Positions 1 to 9,228 of a stretch of DNA of 61,646 nt are shown one piece after another. The notes beneath the pieces were generated by a model that was given only the letters and a program-made list of their open reading frames with translations, did not search any database and was not told the origin of the DNA. The number at the start of each line of letters is the position of its first letter. Within the stretch, counting starts at the first letter, position 1. Source of the DNA: Chloroflexota bacterium (GTDB taxonomy: Bacteria; Chloroflexota; Limnocylindria; Limnocylindrales; CSP1-4); contig PMXQ01000089.1 of the NCBI GenBank assembly GCA_003171065.1, positions 3,325 through 64,970 of the forward strand, read 5' to 3'. The position numbers were made by a program, and so were the translations under genes.

Positions 1-32
1 GGCGGGCCGGCTGAGCGGCGGGCGAGCCCGGC

Positions 33-1427
33 CTACTCCATCGTCGCGGCGAACATCCCGTCCGTGCCGAACTCGATCGGCGCGAGCGGCCGGACGATCT
101 CGCAGCGCCCGGTTGCCAGCACTTCCGCCAGCGCGGGCTCGCTGACGTACAGCAGCTCGAGGTGCTTGGTGTCGCGGATCCGGACGATCCGCGCCTCGGC
201 CGGCTCGACCCTGATGCAGCTGGCGATGGCGACGGCGAGCGCTTGCCGGTCCGTGTCCAGCGTCAGAGCGACCCGCGCGCCCTCAGGCGTCTTGGCCGTG
301 ATGCAGTTCATGTACGTCTTGTGGGCGTCCATCTTCTCGACGGCGCGCCGCAGCACGACGTCGGCCATGCCGATGCCGACGGCATTGCCCTCGGTCTCGC
401 CGGTCAGATCGCGGACGACGATCCGCTGGATGCTCGGACCTGCGCCGGTCGGCCCGGTGTAGTAGCGCCCGACGACGTTGGAATCCATGCCCAGGCCGCT
501 GATGTCCTTGCCGATGTAGTCGAGCACCAGGACGTCGATGGTGTCCAGCGGCAGCCGGGCCATCCGCTCGCGGGCCATCACCAGCAGCTCTCGCTCGCGA
601 TCCCAGATCCGGTCGCGCGGCACCGCCTCTATCCGCCAGAGCCTGGCGTACCCGTTCTCGACCAGGGCCAGGCCGAACGGAATGTTCACCTTCGAGACAG
701 TGAACTCGGCGACCGCCGGGATGAGCTCGTGGAAGGTGGCGAAGCCCTGGCGATGGAAGGTGTCGGCGCCCTTCTGTTTGCCGAGCCCGATGGCGATCAT
801 CTTCATCAGGCCGCTCTCGATCTCGCCCGTGAAGTCGGTGTGCGGCTTGACGCGGTTGATCGGGACGATCGCGTCGGCGCCTTCGAGAGCGAGACGGTCG
901 ACGAAGACCGGGACGCCGGGCCGGACCTCGCCCAGCTCGACCGTGTCCATGCTCGATCGAATCTCGCAGCCGATCGATTCGGGTGTCATGCCGTAGGAGG
1001 CGAGCACCTCGAGCTGGCCCTCCGCCGTGGCGCCGCCGTGGCTGCCCATGGCCGGCACGACGAAGACCTCGGCGCCGGCGGCGCGGACCCATGCGACCGC
1101 GGCACGAACGACCTCGTCGATCCGGTCGATGCCGCGGCTGCCGGCCGCCAGGCAGACCCGCGAGCCGGGCTTGATCACCGCGCGCTGCGGTTCGAGCGCG
1201 GCCACGACGGCAGCGGCCACGTCTGTCACCTCGGTTGCGTCCATGCGATGCCGGACCAGGGCCCAGCGCGGCAGGTTGCCGCGCATGAACTCGGCGAACG
1301 GCTCCTGACGGGAGGCGCGCGACGGCATCTCTCCGCCGGCGGGGGCGGGGGCGGCCGGCACGGGCGGGTCGGCCAGCGCGTCGGGTGCGACAGCTGCGGG
1401 GAGGTGCTTCTCGCGGTCCATCGGCAC
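33..1427 (-). CDS. LarA-like (DUF2088 / lactate-racemase family) nickel-pincer-dependent 2-hydroxyacid racemase/epimerase homologue
   Basis: 464-aa ORF. Segments VPAMGSHGGAT and NRVKPHTDFTGEIESG...GLGKQKG resemble the LarA ATGxHR and His/Lys active-site regions. Divergently adjacent to larE-larB and close to larC. The Pro/Ala-rich first ~35 aa may be an over-extended start. Confidence 0.65.
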   Translation of the reverse strand: MPMDREKHLPAAVAPDALADPPVPAAPAPAGGEMPSRASRQEPFAEFMRGNLPRWALVRHRMDATEVTDVAAAVVAALEPQRAVIKPGSRVCLAAGSRGIDRIDEVVRAAVAWVRAAGAEVFVVPAMGSHGGATAEGQLEVLASYGMTPESIGCEIRSSMDTVELGEVRPGVPVFVDRLALEGADAIVPINRVKPHTDFTGEIESGLMKMIAIGLGKQKGADTFHRQGFATFHELIPAVAEFTVSKVNIPFGLALVENGYARLWRIEAVPRDRIWDRERELLVMARERMARLPLDTIDVLVLDYIGKDISGLGMDSNVVGRYYTGPTGAGPSIQRIVVRDLTGETEGNAVGIGMADVVLRRAVEKMDAHKTYMNCITAKTPEGARVALTLDTDRQALAVAIASCIRVEPAEARIVRIRDTKHLELLYVSEPALAEVLATGRCEIVRPLAPIEFGTDGMFAATME

Positions 1428-1488
1428 AACTCTACACGTGTCGGCATCCGGCCTACCGCGCCCGACCGGGGCGGCGGCGGCGAATGGG

Positions 1489-2373
1489 ATGTATCGTCAG
1501 CCGATGCCTCACCACGACCTGCTGGAGCGCGCGCAGTCCGGGCCGGCCGCCGGCGACCCGGTTGCCCTGGAACGGTTCGGCCGCCTGCTGGAGATCGTCG
1601 AGGGTCTCGGGTCGTGCGTGCTGGCACTTTCGGGCGGGATCGACTCGAGCTTCCTTCTGGCGGTCGCGTCGCCGCTGCTCGGCGAGCGCTGCCTGGCGCT
1701 CACGGGCGACTCGGCCGCCGTGCCGGCATGGGATCGCGCCGAGGCCGCGGCCGCCGCCGGGGAGGCGAGCCGCCACGGGACGGGATGGCGGACGATCCCG
1801 ACGAAGGAGCTCGACGACCCGCGCTACGCCCGCAATCCGCGGTCGCGTTGCTACTTCTGCAAGCTCGAGCTCTACGGAGTCGCGGCGGCGATCGCGAAGT
1901 CCGAAGGCTACGCTTGGGTCGTCGACGGCACGAACGCCTCCGACACGCAACGGCTCGACCGGCCCGGCATGACGGCCGGCGCCGAGCTGGGCGTCCGCTC
2001 GCCCCTCGCCGAAGCGGGCATCACCAAAGAGCAGCTTCGATTGCTGGCGCGCTCGATCGGCGTCGAGGGCTGGGACCGGCCCGCTTCGGCCTGTCTGGCG
2101 AGCCGGATCCCGTTCGGCGAGACGATCACCGCCGGCCGGCTGCGGCGCGTCGAGGCGGCCGAGCTCGCGCTCCGGGCCCTGGGCTTCCGCCAGGTTCGCG
2201 TGCGCGACTTTGGGAGCCATGCCCGCGTGGAGGTCGAGGAGGACGAGCTGGCCGGGCTGGACCGTCGGGCGGCCGAGATCCGGACGCGCCTGATCGAGCT
2301 CGGTTTCGAGAGTTGGTCGCCGGCGGCGTATGCCGGAACCGGCGCGGGAGACAGCCCGAATGCGCAGAGATGA
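1489..2373 (+). CDS. larE: LarE, ATP-dependent sacrificial sulfur transferase for nickel-pincer cofactor synthesis
   Basis: PP-loop motif LSGGIDSS and LarE-type cysteine motif SACLASRIPFG. Start placed at ATG 1489; the ORF track starts at 1438 and ATG 1504 is also possible. Confidence 0.85.
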   Translation: MYRQPMPHHDLLERAQSGPAAGDPVALERFGRLLEIVEGLGSCVLALSGGIDSSFLLAVASPLLGERCLALTGDSAAVPAWDRAEAAAAAGEASRHGTGWRTIPTKELDDPRYARNPRSRCYFCKLELYGVAAAIAKSEGYAWVVDGTNASDTQRLDRPGMTAGAELGVRSPLAEAGITKEQLRLLARSIGVEGWDRPASACLASRIPFGETITAGRLRRVEAAELALRALGFRQVRVRDFGSHARVEVEEDELAGLDRRAAEIRTRLIELGFESWSPAAYAGTGAGDSPNAQR

Positions 2374-3208
2374 AGCGGCGGCGCCCGCAGGCCGGGCGCC
2401 CGCAGGGCCGGCGGCTCCCGCAGGGCGGGCGCAGGACGGCGCCTACGCCGCGGGGCTGGAGGAGTTGCTGCGTGCCGTAGCCGAGGGGAGCGTCCCGGTC
2501 GCGGCCGCGCTCGAGTCGCTGCGCCGGCTGCCTTTCAGCGACCTCGGCTTCGCCCGGGTGGATCACCACCGCAATCTCCGCCAGGGCATCGTGGAATTCG
2601 TCTATGCCCCGGGCAAGACTCGCAAGCAGCTGCTGGCGATCGTCGAGGCGCAGCTGGAGCACGACGAGTCGAGCGTCGTTGTGACCCGGGTCGCCGCCGG
2701 GGACGCGGCCGCGATCCGGGTCCTGGCCGAGAAGCGCGGCCTCGAGACGATCTGGCGCGAGCGGGCCGGCCTCGTGGCCATCCCCCGCGCCGTCCCCGAG
2801 GCTCGCGGCCGGCTGCTCATTCTCACCGCCGGGACCTCGGACCTGCCGGTCGCCGAGGAGGCCGAAACCGTCGCCTCGCTCCTCGGGGCCGGCGTCCGCG
2901 TGATCGGCGACGTCGGGGTCGCGGGGCTCCACCGTTTGCTCGGCGAGCAGCCGGAGATCGAGCAGGCCGACGCGATCGTCGTGATCGCCGGCATGGACGC
3001 CGCGCTGGCGAGCGTCGTCGGCGGCCTGGCCCGAGTTCCCGTCATCGCCTGTCCGACCAGCGTCGGTTACGGCGCCTCGTTCGGCGGGTTGAGCGCGCTG
3101 CTGGCGATGCTCTCGTCGTGCGCGCCCGGAGTGGCGGTCGTCGGCATCGACGACGGGGTCGGGGCCGGCACCGTCGGCGCGCTCATCGCCCGCGGCCGGC
3201 CGGCCTGA
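2360..3208 (+). CDS. larB: LarB, pyridinium-3,5-biscarboxylic acid mononucleotide synthase (PurE-like)
   Basis: PurE/AIR-carboxylase-like segments LILTAGTSDLPVAEEA and VIAGMDAALASVVGGL. ATG 2360 overlaps the larE 3-prime end; the ORF track starts at 2330. Confidence 0.85.
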   Translation: MRRDEAAAPAGRAPAGPAAPAGRAQDGAYAAGLEELLRAVAEGSVPVAAALESLRRLPFSDLGFARVDHHRNLRQGIVEFVYAPGKTRKQLLAIVEAQLEHDESSVVVTRVAAGDAAAIRVLAEKRGLETIWRERAGLVAIPRAVPEARGRLLILTAGTSDLPVAEEAETVASLLGAGVRVIGDVGVAGLHRLLGEQPEIEQADAIVVIAGMDAALASVVGGLARVPVIACPTSVGYGASFGGLSALLAMLSSCAPGVAVVGIDDGVGAGTVGALIARGRPA

Positions 3209-3215
3209 CGTCGCC

Positions 3216-4028
3216 TCAGATCGTCATCGCGCTGAAGCCACCGTCGACGCGAACGAGGGCCCCGGTCACAAAGCCCGAGGCGCGCTCCGAGGCGAGCCAG
3301 ATCATCGTCCCGACCAGCTCGTCGGCCTCGCCCAGCCGTCCCGCCGGCGTGTGCCGGAGGATGGCCTCGGTGCGGGCCTCGTCGAGCAGCTTGCGGTTCT
3401 GCTCGGCCGGGAAGAAGCCGGGCACGATGGCGTTCACCCGGATCCGATGTGGCGCCAGCTCGCGGGCCAGGTAGCGGGTCAGGATGTTCACGCCGGCCTT
3501 CGAGACGGAGTAAGTGAGGACGCGCGACAGCGGGATCTCCGAGGAGGCCGACGAGAAGTTGATGATCGTCCCGCCCTGGCCGCGGTCGACCATCGCTCGA
3601 CCGAAGACCTGGCAGGCGATCAGGGCCGACGTCAGGTTCGTGTCGAGGACGCGATGCCACTCCTCGAGGTCCAGCTCGAAGAATGGAGTCGAGCTGTTGA
3701 TGCCCACTGCATTGACGAGGATGTCGACCGGACCGAGAAGCTTCTCCACTTCCACGCGCGCCCGTTCCACCGATGCCTTGTCCGAGGCGTCCAGCGCCAG
3801 GGCGGCGGCTCGGGTGCCTTCGGCCTTGAGCGCGGCCACCAGCACGTCCGCCCGCTCACGCGAGCGGTCCATTACCGCGACCGTGGCGCCCGCCCGGCCG
3901 AAGCCGTGGCACACGGCGCCGCCCAGGACGCCGGCTCCACCGATGACCGCGGCGACCTTGCCGGTCAGGTCGAAGAGGGCCGTGCCGGCCTTGCCCGAAT
4001 TGCCCGAATTGTCTCCGGCCATCGTCAT
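3216..4028 (-). CDS. Short-chain dehydrogenase/reductase, sugar-acid (mannonate/gluconate-type) oxidoreductase-like
   Basis: 270 aa from MTMAGDN. Rossmann motif VIGGAGVLGG and catalytic YSVSK (YxxxK). ATG at 4028 overlaps the stop of the upstream cupin gene (ATGA). The 660-aa track ORF (3216-5198) is an Arg/Pro-rich over-extension. Confidence 0.85.
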   Translation of the reverse strand: MTMAGDNSGNSGKAGTALFDLTGKVAAVIGGAGVLGGAVCHGFGRAGATVAVMDRSRERADVLVAALKAEGTRAAALALDASDKASVERARVEVEKLLGPVDILVNAVGINSSTPFFELDLEEWHRVLDTNLTSALIACQVFGRAMVDRGQGGTIINFSSASSEIPLSRVLTYSVSKAGVNILTRYLARELAPHRIRVNAIVPGFFPAEQNRKLLDEARTEAILRHTPAGRLGEADELVGTMIWLASERASGFVTGALVRVDGGFSAMTI

Positions 4029-4777
4029 GACTCCTGGACCCAGGCGTGGGCCGGGTCGAGATAGGGGGCCATCTGGCGCCCGTCGCCGGCCATGACCCAC
4101 AGGTAGTAGAGCGAGTAACCGGGAGCCGCCACGACCGGGTGGTAGCCGCTCGGGATCGACACCACGTCGCCGTCGCGAACGATGAAGGTCTCCGCGCCAG
4201 CGTCGTCGTAGCGGATCTGGACGCCGAAGCCGCCGGCCGGGTCGACTTTGTAGAAGTAGACCTCCTGTAGCCGGACCTCCTCGGGCGGCCGCTGGCGGTC
4301 GTGCTTGTGGGGCGGATACGACGACCAGTTGCCGGGCGGGTTGATCGTCTCGCCCAGCAGCAGCCGGCTCGCGGCGTGCTCGGGGCCGAGGATCGTCCGG
4401 ATATCGCGGCGCCAGTTGCCCTTGCCGGCCTCGCCGATCCGCTGGTCGCCCGGCCCGATGATGCGCGCCTTCGCCGGGGCCACGCCACCTCCGGGCGCCG
4501 TCGCGATCGCGAGCTGAGCCGGTCGCGTGGCCACGAGCCGCAAAGTCGTGCCGGGCGGCGCGTAGATGGTGTGCCCCGGGCCCTCGAAGACGGACGATCG
4601 CCCGCCCGCCGACCCCAGCGACTCGCCGTCCGCCTCGACGTCGACGACGCCCCTGAGCACGACGACGGCCGTCTCGAGCTTGCCAGCAGACTCGAACGAC
4701 TGGCCGACTTCGAGGTCCGCCAGCGCGAGTCCGATGAGATCGCCTTCTCGCTCGGGGGCGACGAGGGTTCGGGTCAT
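4025..4777 (-). CDS. IolB-family cupin (5-deoxy-glucuronate isomerase-like)
   Basis: 250 aa from MTRTLVAPE. Signature NPPGNWSSYPPHKHD is typical of the IolB family. Forms an operon with the SDR through a 4-nt overlap. Confidence 0.8.
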   Translation of the reverse strand: MTRTLVAPEREGDLIGLALADLEVGQSFESAGKLETAVVVLRGVVDVEADGESLGSAGGRSSVFEGPGHTIYAPPGTTLRLVATRPAQLAIATAPGGGVAPAKARIIGPGDQRIGEAGKGNWRRDIRTILGPEHAASRLLLGETINPPGNWSSYPPHKHDRQRPPEEVRLQEVYFYKVDPAGGFGVQIRYDDAGAETFIVRDGDVVSIPSGYHPVVAAPGYSLYYLWVMAGDGRQMAPYLDPAHAWVQES

Positions 4778-4875
4778 GGCGGTCCTTCCATTTCTCCGGC
4801 GCGCTGGCCCGGATCGGCGAGCTTGTGTCAGACTCGACTGGCTGTCGCCCATAGTGTTGCCGTATCCGCGAGGAG

Positions 4876-6168
4876 ATGCCAGTGGCACAACGCCGCCGTT
4901 GCGCGTGGATCGATGCCTCTGCCGGCGCGTCGGGCGACATGCTGCTGGGCGCGCTTCTCGACGCCGGTGCGCCGCTCGAGGCGGTGGCCGCGGCTATCGC
5001 GGCGCTGGGCGTCGAGCCGATCGAGATCCGGCCCCACCAGGTCCGCCGCCATGGGCTGCGGGCCACGAAGGCCGAGGTCCTGGTCCAAGACGCCGCCGCG
5101 TCTCGCACACTCGGGGACGTGCTCGGCCTGGTCGCCGGGGCGAACCTTGGGTCGGCTGTGGCCGCGTTTGCCCGGGACGTGTTCCTCATGCTGGGCACCG
5201 CGGAGGCCGCCGTCCACGGCGAAGGCCCGGCGCACGTCCACCTGCACGAAGTCGGCGCGCTCGACTCGCTTGCCGACGTCGTCGGCTGTGCCGCCGCGCT
5301 CGACGCGCTTGGTCTGCTCGAGCCGCGTGCCCGGGTCGTGGTCGGCTCCGTCGCGCTCGGCTCGGGGAGCGTGGAGACGGCTCACGGCCCGCTGCCGGTT
5401 CCGGTGCCGGCCGTCCTGGCGATCCTCGCGGGGCGAGGCGCGGCCGTCGCGGCGGGCGGCGACGGGGAGCTGTGCACGCCGACCGGTGCGGCGCTCCTGG
5501 CGACCCTCGCCAATGAGTGGGGCGCGCTGCCGCCGATGCGCATCGAATCCGTCGGCGTCGGCGCCGGCTCCGCGGATCCGACGGGGCGTGCCAACGTCCT
5601 GCGGGTCGTGCTCGGCGCCGCCCTGGCGCCGGCCGGCGTCCCCTGGCGCTGCGACGACCTGATCGAGCTGGAGGCGACCGTCGACGACCTCGATCCGCGT
5701 CTCTGGCCCGCGGTCCTCGACGCGCTCGTTGCGGCGGGCGCTGTCGACGCCTGGCTGGCGCCGGTCGTCATGCGCAAGGGCCGGCCTGGGCACGTGGTGA
5801 CGGCGCTCGTCGCCGAGGAGGCCGTCGACGCCGCGACTCGCGCCTTGTTCACCCAATCGACCACGCTCGGCGTTCGGTTGCGACCGGTCGCTCGCCGGGC
5901 TCTGCCCCGCGATGAAGTCGTCGTCTCGGTGGAAGGCTGCGACGTTCGGGTCAAGCGCGGCCTGCTCGACGGTCGGCCCGTGACGGTGCAGGCGGAATAC
6001 GCCGACGCCGCGGCTGCGGCGGACCGGCTCGGCCTCCCGGTGCGGGCCGTTCTCGAGCGCGCCGCGGCTCTCTCGCGTGCCGCGGCCGAGGCCGAATGCG
6101 GCGCCGCGGGTGGCGCGTCGCGTGCCGCGGCCGAGGCCGACCCGGAGGCGGCAGGCCGAGATGAGTGA
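4876..6168 (+). CDS. larC: LarC, nickel insertase (DUF111 family) for nickel-pincer cofactor
   Basis: 430 aa with the N-terminal signature IDASAGASGDMLLGALLDAGAP characteristic of LarC/DUF111. Confidence 0.85.
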   Translation: MPVAQRRRCAWIDASAGASGDMLLGALLDAGAPLEAVAAAIAALGVEPIEIRPHQVRRHGLRATKAEVLVQDAAASRTLGDVLGLVAGANLGSAVAAFARDVFLMLGTAEAAVHGEGPAHVHLHEVGALDSLADVVGCAAALDALGLLEPRARVVVGSVALGSGSVETAHGPLPVPVPAVLAILAGRGAAVAAGGDGELCTPTGAALLATLANEWGALPPMRIESVGVGAGSADPTGRANVLRVVLGAALAPAGVPWRCDDLIELEATVDDLDPRLWPAVLDALVAAGAVDAWLAPVVMRKGRPGHVVTALVAEEAVDAATRALFTQSTTLGVRLRPVARRALPRDEVVVSVEGCDVRVKRGLLDGRPVTVQAEYADAAAAADRLGLPVRAVLERAAALSRAAAEAECGAAGGASRAAAEADPEAAGRDE

Positions 6169-6691
6169 CCCGGGCGAGCCCTCGCCCACTACGACGATCA
6201 TCGTCATGGGCGTGTCCGGCTGCGGCAAGTCCACGGTCATGCGAGCCCTCGCCGACGAGCTCGGCTGGGCCACGGCGGAAGCCGACGACTTCCACTCGGC
6301 GGCCAACGTGGCGAAGATGCGCTCGGGCCACCCGCTCACGGACGATGACCGGTGGCCCTGGCTCGAGGCACTCGCCTCGTGGATCGGCGAGCGCGAGCGG
6401 GCCGGAGAGAACGCCCTGGTCACCTGCTCGGCGCTGCGGCGGCCTTACCGCGATCTGCTGCGGCGCGGTCATGCGTCGGTCTGGTTCGCTCACCTCGTCA
6501 TCGAGCCGGCCGCCATAGCCGATCGCCTAGAGCACCGGCGGGGCCACTATATGCCCGCGGCGCTGCTCGCCAGCCAGATCGAGACGCTCGAGCCGCTCGA
6601 CCCCGACGAGCCCGGCGCCGCGATCCCCGCGCACCGACCACCGCTAGAGATCGTCGCGGACATCCTGGCTCGACTCGCACAGAATCCGTAA
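6161..6691 (+). CDS. gntK: Gluconokinase (GntK-type)
   Basis: 176 aa from MSDPGEP. P-loop GVSGCGKST and FHSAANVAKMRSGHPLTDDDRWPWL are typical of gluconate kinase. ATG 6161 overlaps the larC stop at 6166-6168. Confidence 0.85.
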   Translation: MSDPGEPSPTTTIIVMGVSGCGKSTVMRALADELGWATAEADDFHSAANVAKMRSGHPLTDDDRWPWLEALASWIGERERAGENALVTCSALRRPYRDLLRRGHASVWFAHLVIEPAAIADRLEHRRGHYMPAALLASQIETLEPLDPDEPGAAIPAHRPPLEIVADILARLAQNP

Positions 6692-6942
6692 CGCGGCCGC
6701 CGCGTCCGTCCCTGCGCCGGCTGGTGCCGGCTCGGCTCCAGCCGGCGCCCGCCGGTAGTCGGAAGATGGCAAACTCTCCCCTGACGAGTTTGTCGAGCCC
6801 CGGCCCGATTCTGGCTCGGTTTGGCGCGGTCCGGTTCGCGCCCAGCCAGCCAGCCCAAGACGAATCCCGTCCGACTTCGGCAAATCGCGCGCTCCCGACC
6901 GGATCGCTCATCCCGCTTCGCTCGTAGCCACGGAGACGCTCA

Positions 6943-9228
6943 ATGGCCAAGGTTCAGGATCGGTATCTGGTTGTCGACCCCTGGAGGATCGTCGAGGACG
7001 GCTTCCATCCGGAGAGAAGCCGGGTCTCCGAGTCCCTGTTCTCGCTGAGCAATGAGCACATGGGCGCGCGGGGCCACTTCGAGGAGGAGTATTCCGGCGA
7101 CACCCTCATCGGGTGCTATCTGAATGGGATCTACGAAGAGCACTACCTCAAGGAGCCGACCACCTACAAAGGGATCTCCAACCGGATTGCCTTCATGGTC
7201 AACACGGTCAACTGGCTATACGCGCACATCGAGTTGGGCGGCGAGGCTCTCGACCTCAAACGAAGCCAGTTCTCCGAGTTCCGGCGCGAGCTGGACTTCC
7301 GAACGGGTCAGGTGATCCGCGAATTCACGTGGACGACCAAGGCCGGCCAGCGACTGAAAGTCGCGTTCTCGCGGTTCCTGAGCATGAAGACAAAGGAACT
7401 TGGGTTTCAGCGGATCAGTCTCACGCCGCTCAACTTCACGGCCGCGATAGACGTCACTCTGGGCCTGGACTTCTCCGTGCCTCATGAGACGTATCGCCAG
7501 AACTTCTGGAAGTGCCCCAGGAGCGACGCCCAGGCGGACAGATGGGCCATCATCGGCACGAGCACAGGAATAAAGCACAAGCTCTTCGCGGGCTCGCGAA
7601 TCATGTCGGCCGCATCGATCGATGGAACACCACTGAAGAATGCCAAGTTCGCCGGCAGCCGTTTGACCCTCAACCTCGTCGAAGGCAAGGAACAGCACCT
7701 CGACCGGGTCAGCGTTCTGTACACAACACGAGACCCAAAGGCCAGCGTCGTCGATACCTGGACGCGCGGCGTGGAAATGCTCGACTCACTGGACCAGGCG
7801 GACTACCAGAGCGCCCTCCAGGACAACGTCGACTACTGGCAGGACTTCTGGAAGAAGGCCGACATTTCGATCGATGGCGATCCGGAAGCGCAGCAGGGCA
7901 TCCGGTTCTGCATCTTCCAGATGCAGCAGACATATCGAGGGGCCGTCGACGGTTCGAACATCGGCGCCAAGGGACTGACCGGCGAGGCGTACAACGGCAA
8001 CGCCTTCTGGGATACCGAGACGTACTGCCTGCCCTACTATCTGTTCAGCAATCCAAAAGCTGCCAGGGCCCTGATCGACTTCCGCCTCAAGACCTTGCCG
8101 CAGGCCATGGAGCGGGCGAAGAGCCTCGACTGCAAGGGGGCTTGCTACCCCATCGCCACCACAGACGGCACCGAGAGCTGCACGCTCTGGCAGCACGCCA
8201 GCCTTCAGTTCCAACCGACGACGGCCGTGGCCTACGCCATCTGGCATTACGTCGGGGTCACCGGGGATGTCGACTTCCTATACACCGAAGGCGTCGAGCT
8301 GCTGATCCCGATCTGCCGGTTCCTGGCCAGCCGCGGGGACTGGTCGCCCCGAACTCACAAGTTCGGCTACTACGCGGTCATGGGCCCGGACGAATTCCAG
8401 ATGATGGTGAACAACAATTGCTACACGAACTACATGGCCAAGCGGACCTTCACGTACGCGACCAAAGTGTTGGCGGACATGGACAAGGCGGCGCCAGCCA
8501 GGAAGAGCGAACTGTTCAAGCGCCTCGACTGCACCGCCGAGGAGATCGCGGCCTGGCAGAACATGGCCGACAACATGGCTATTCCCGTAGATCCCGAGAC
8601 GGGGATATTCGAGCAGCACGAGGGCTTCTTCGATCTGCCGCATCTCGACGTCGACGCGATCCCCGTAACCGACTTCCCGCTGTATCACAACTGGTCATAC
8701 GATCGGATCTATCGCAACGACATGATCAAACAGCCCGACGTGCTGATGTTCATGTTCCTGTACAACCAGTCGTTTTCGCCGGCCGAGAAGAAGGCCAACT
8801 ACGACTACTATGAACCGCGCTGCATCCACGAGTCGTCGCTGTCGCCGTCGCTACATTCCATCTTCGCCGCCGAGCTTGGCCTCAAGGACGAGGCGTTCAA
8901 CTTCTTCAACTTCGCCACTCGTATCGACCTCGACAACTACAACCGCAATACGGCCGAAGGGATCCACATCACTTCCATCGCGGCCGCATGGATGAACGTC
9001 GTCTACGGTTATGGTGGCATGCGATCCGATGGCGACATGCTCGTCTTCAACCCGACAATCCCGGATCGCTGGAAGTCATACAGCTTCGGGATCGCCTATC
9101 GCGACTCGATCATCCGCGTCGACGTATCTCAGGAGAGCGCTCGCTTGAAGGTAACCGAAGGCGCTCCGATCCAGGCTCTAGTTCGAGGCCGGGTCCGCGA
9201 GATCAATGAGGAAGGGCTGACCCTCTAG
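6943..9228 (+). CDS. Glycoside hydrolase family 65 disaccharide phosphorylase (maltose/trehalose/kojibiose phosphorylase type)
   Basis: 761 aa with a GH65-like N-terminus (VDPWRIVEDGFHPE...SLFSLSNEHMGARGHFEE) and a central GEAYNGNAFWDTETY region. Lower GC and a K/N/F/Y/I-richer composition than its neighbours. Confidence 0.9.
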   Translation: MAKVQDRYLVVDPWRIVEDGFHPERSRVSESLFSLSNEHMGARGHFEEEYSGDTLIGCYLNGIYEEHYLKEPTTYKGISNRIAFMVNTVNWLYAHIELGGEALDLKRSQFSEFRRELDFRTGQVIREFTWTTKAGQRLKVAFSRFLSMKTKELGFQRISLTPLNFTAAIDVTLGLDFSVPHETYRQNFWKCPRSDAQADRWAIIGTSTGIKHKLFAGSRIMSAASIDGTPLKNAKFAGSRLTLNLVEGKEQHLDRVSVLYTTRDPKASVVDTWTRGVEMLDSLDQADYQSALQDNVDYWQDFWKKADISIDGDPEAQQGIRFCIFQMQQTYRGAVDGSNIGAKGLTGEAYNGNAFWDTETYCLPYYLFSNPKAARALIDFRLKTLPQAMERAKSLDCKGACYPIATTDGTESCTLWQHASLQFQPTTAVAYAIWHYVGVTGDVDFLYTEGVELLIPICRFLASRGDWSPRTHKFGYYAVMGPDEFQMMVNNNCYTNYMAKRTFTYATKVLADMDKAAPARKSELFKRLDCTAEEIAAWQNMADNMAIPVDPETGIFEQHEGFFDLPHLDVDAIPVTDFPLYHNWSYDRIYRNDMIKQPDVLMFMFLYNQSFSPAEKKANYDYYEPRCIHESSLSPSLHSIFAAELGLKDEAFNFFNFATRIDLDNYNRNTAEGIHITSIAAAWMNVVYGYGGMRSDGDMLVFNPTIPDRWKSYSFGIAYRDSIIRVDVSQESARLKVTEGAPIQALVRGRVREINEEGLTL

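Noticed and set aside
162-2480. 772-aa plus-strand ORF, and similar long ORFs at 283-1092, 1453-2220, 2126-2932 and 4828-6423, overlapping the lar genes
   Set aside because: They are extremely Arg/Gly/Pro/Ala-rich and lie antisense to, or out of frame with, genes that have clear family signatures. This is the typical spurious open frame of high-GC DNA.
4029-5198. N-terminal 390 aa of the 660-aa track ORF 3216-5198
   Set aside because: This part runs through the IolB-like gene and larC in another frame or on the other strand and has no SDR-like sequence. The SDR domain starts at MTMAGDN (ATG 4028), which overlaps the upstream stop in a standard ATGA junction.
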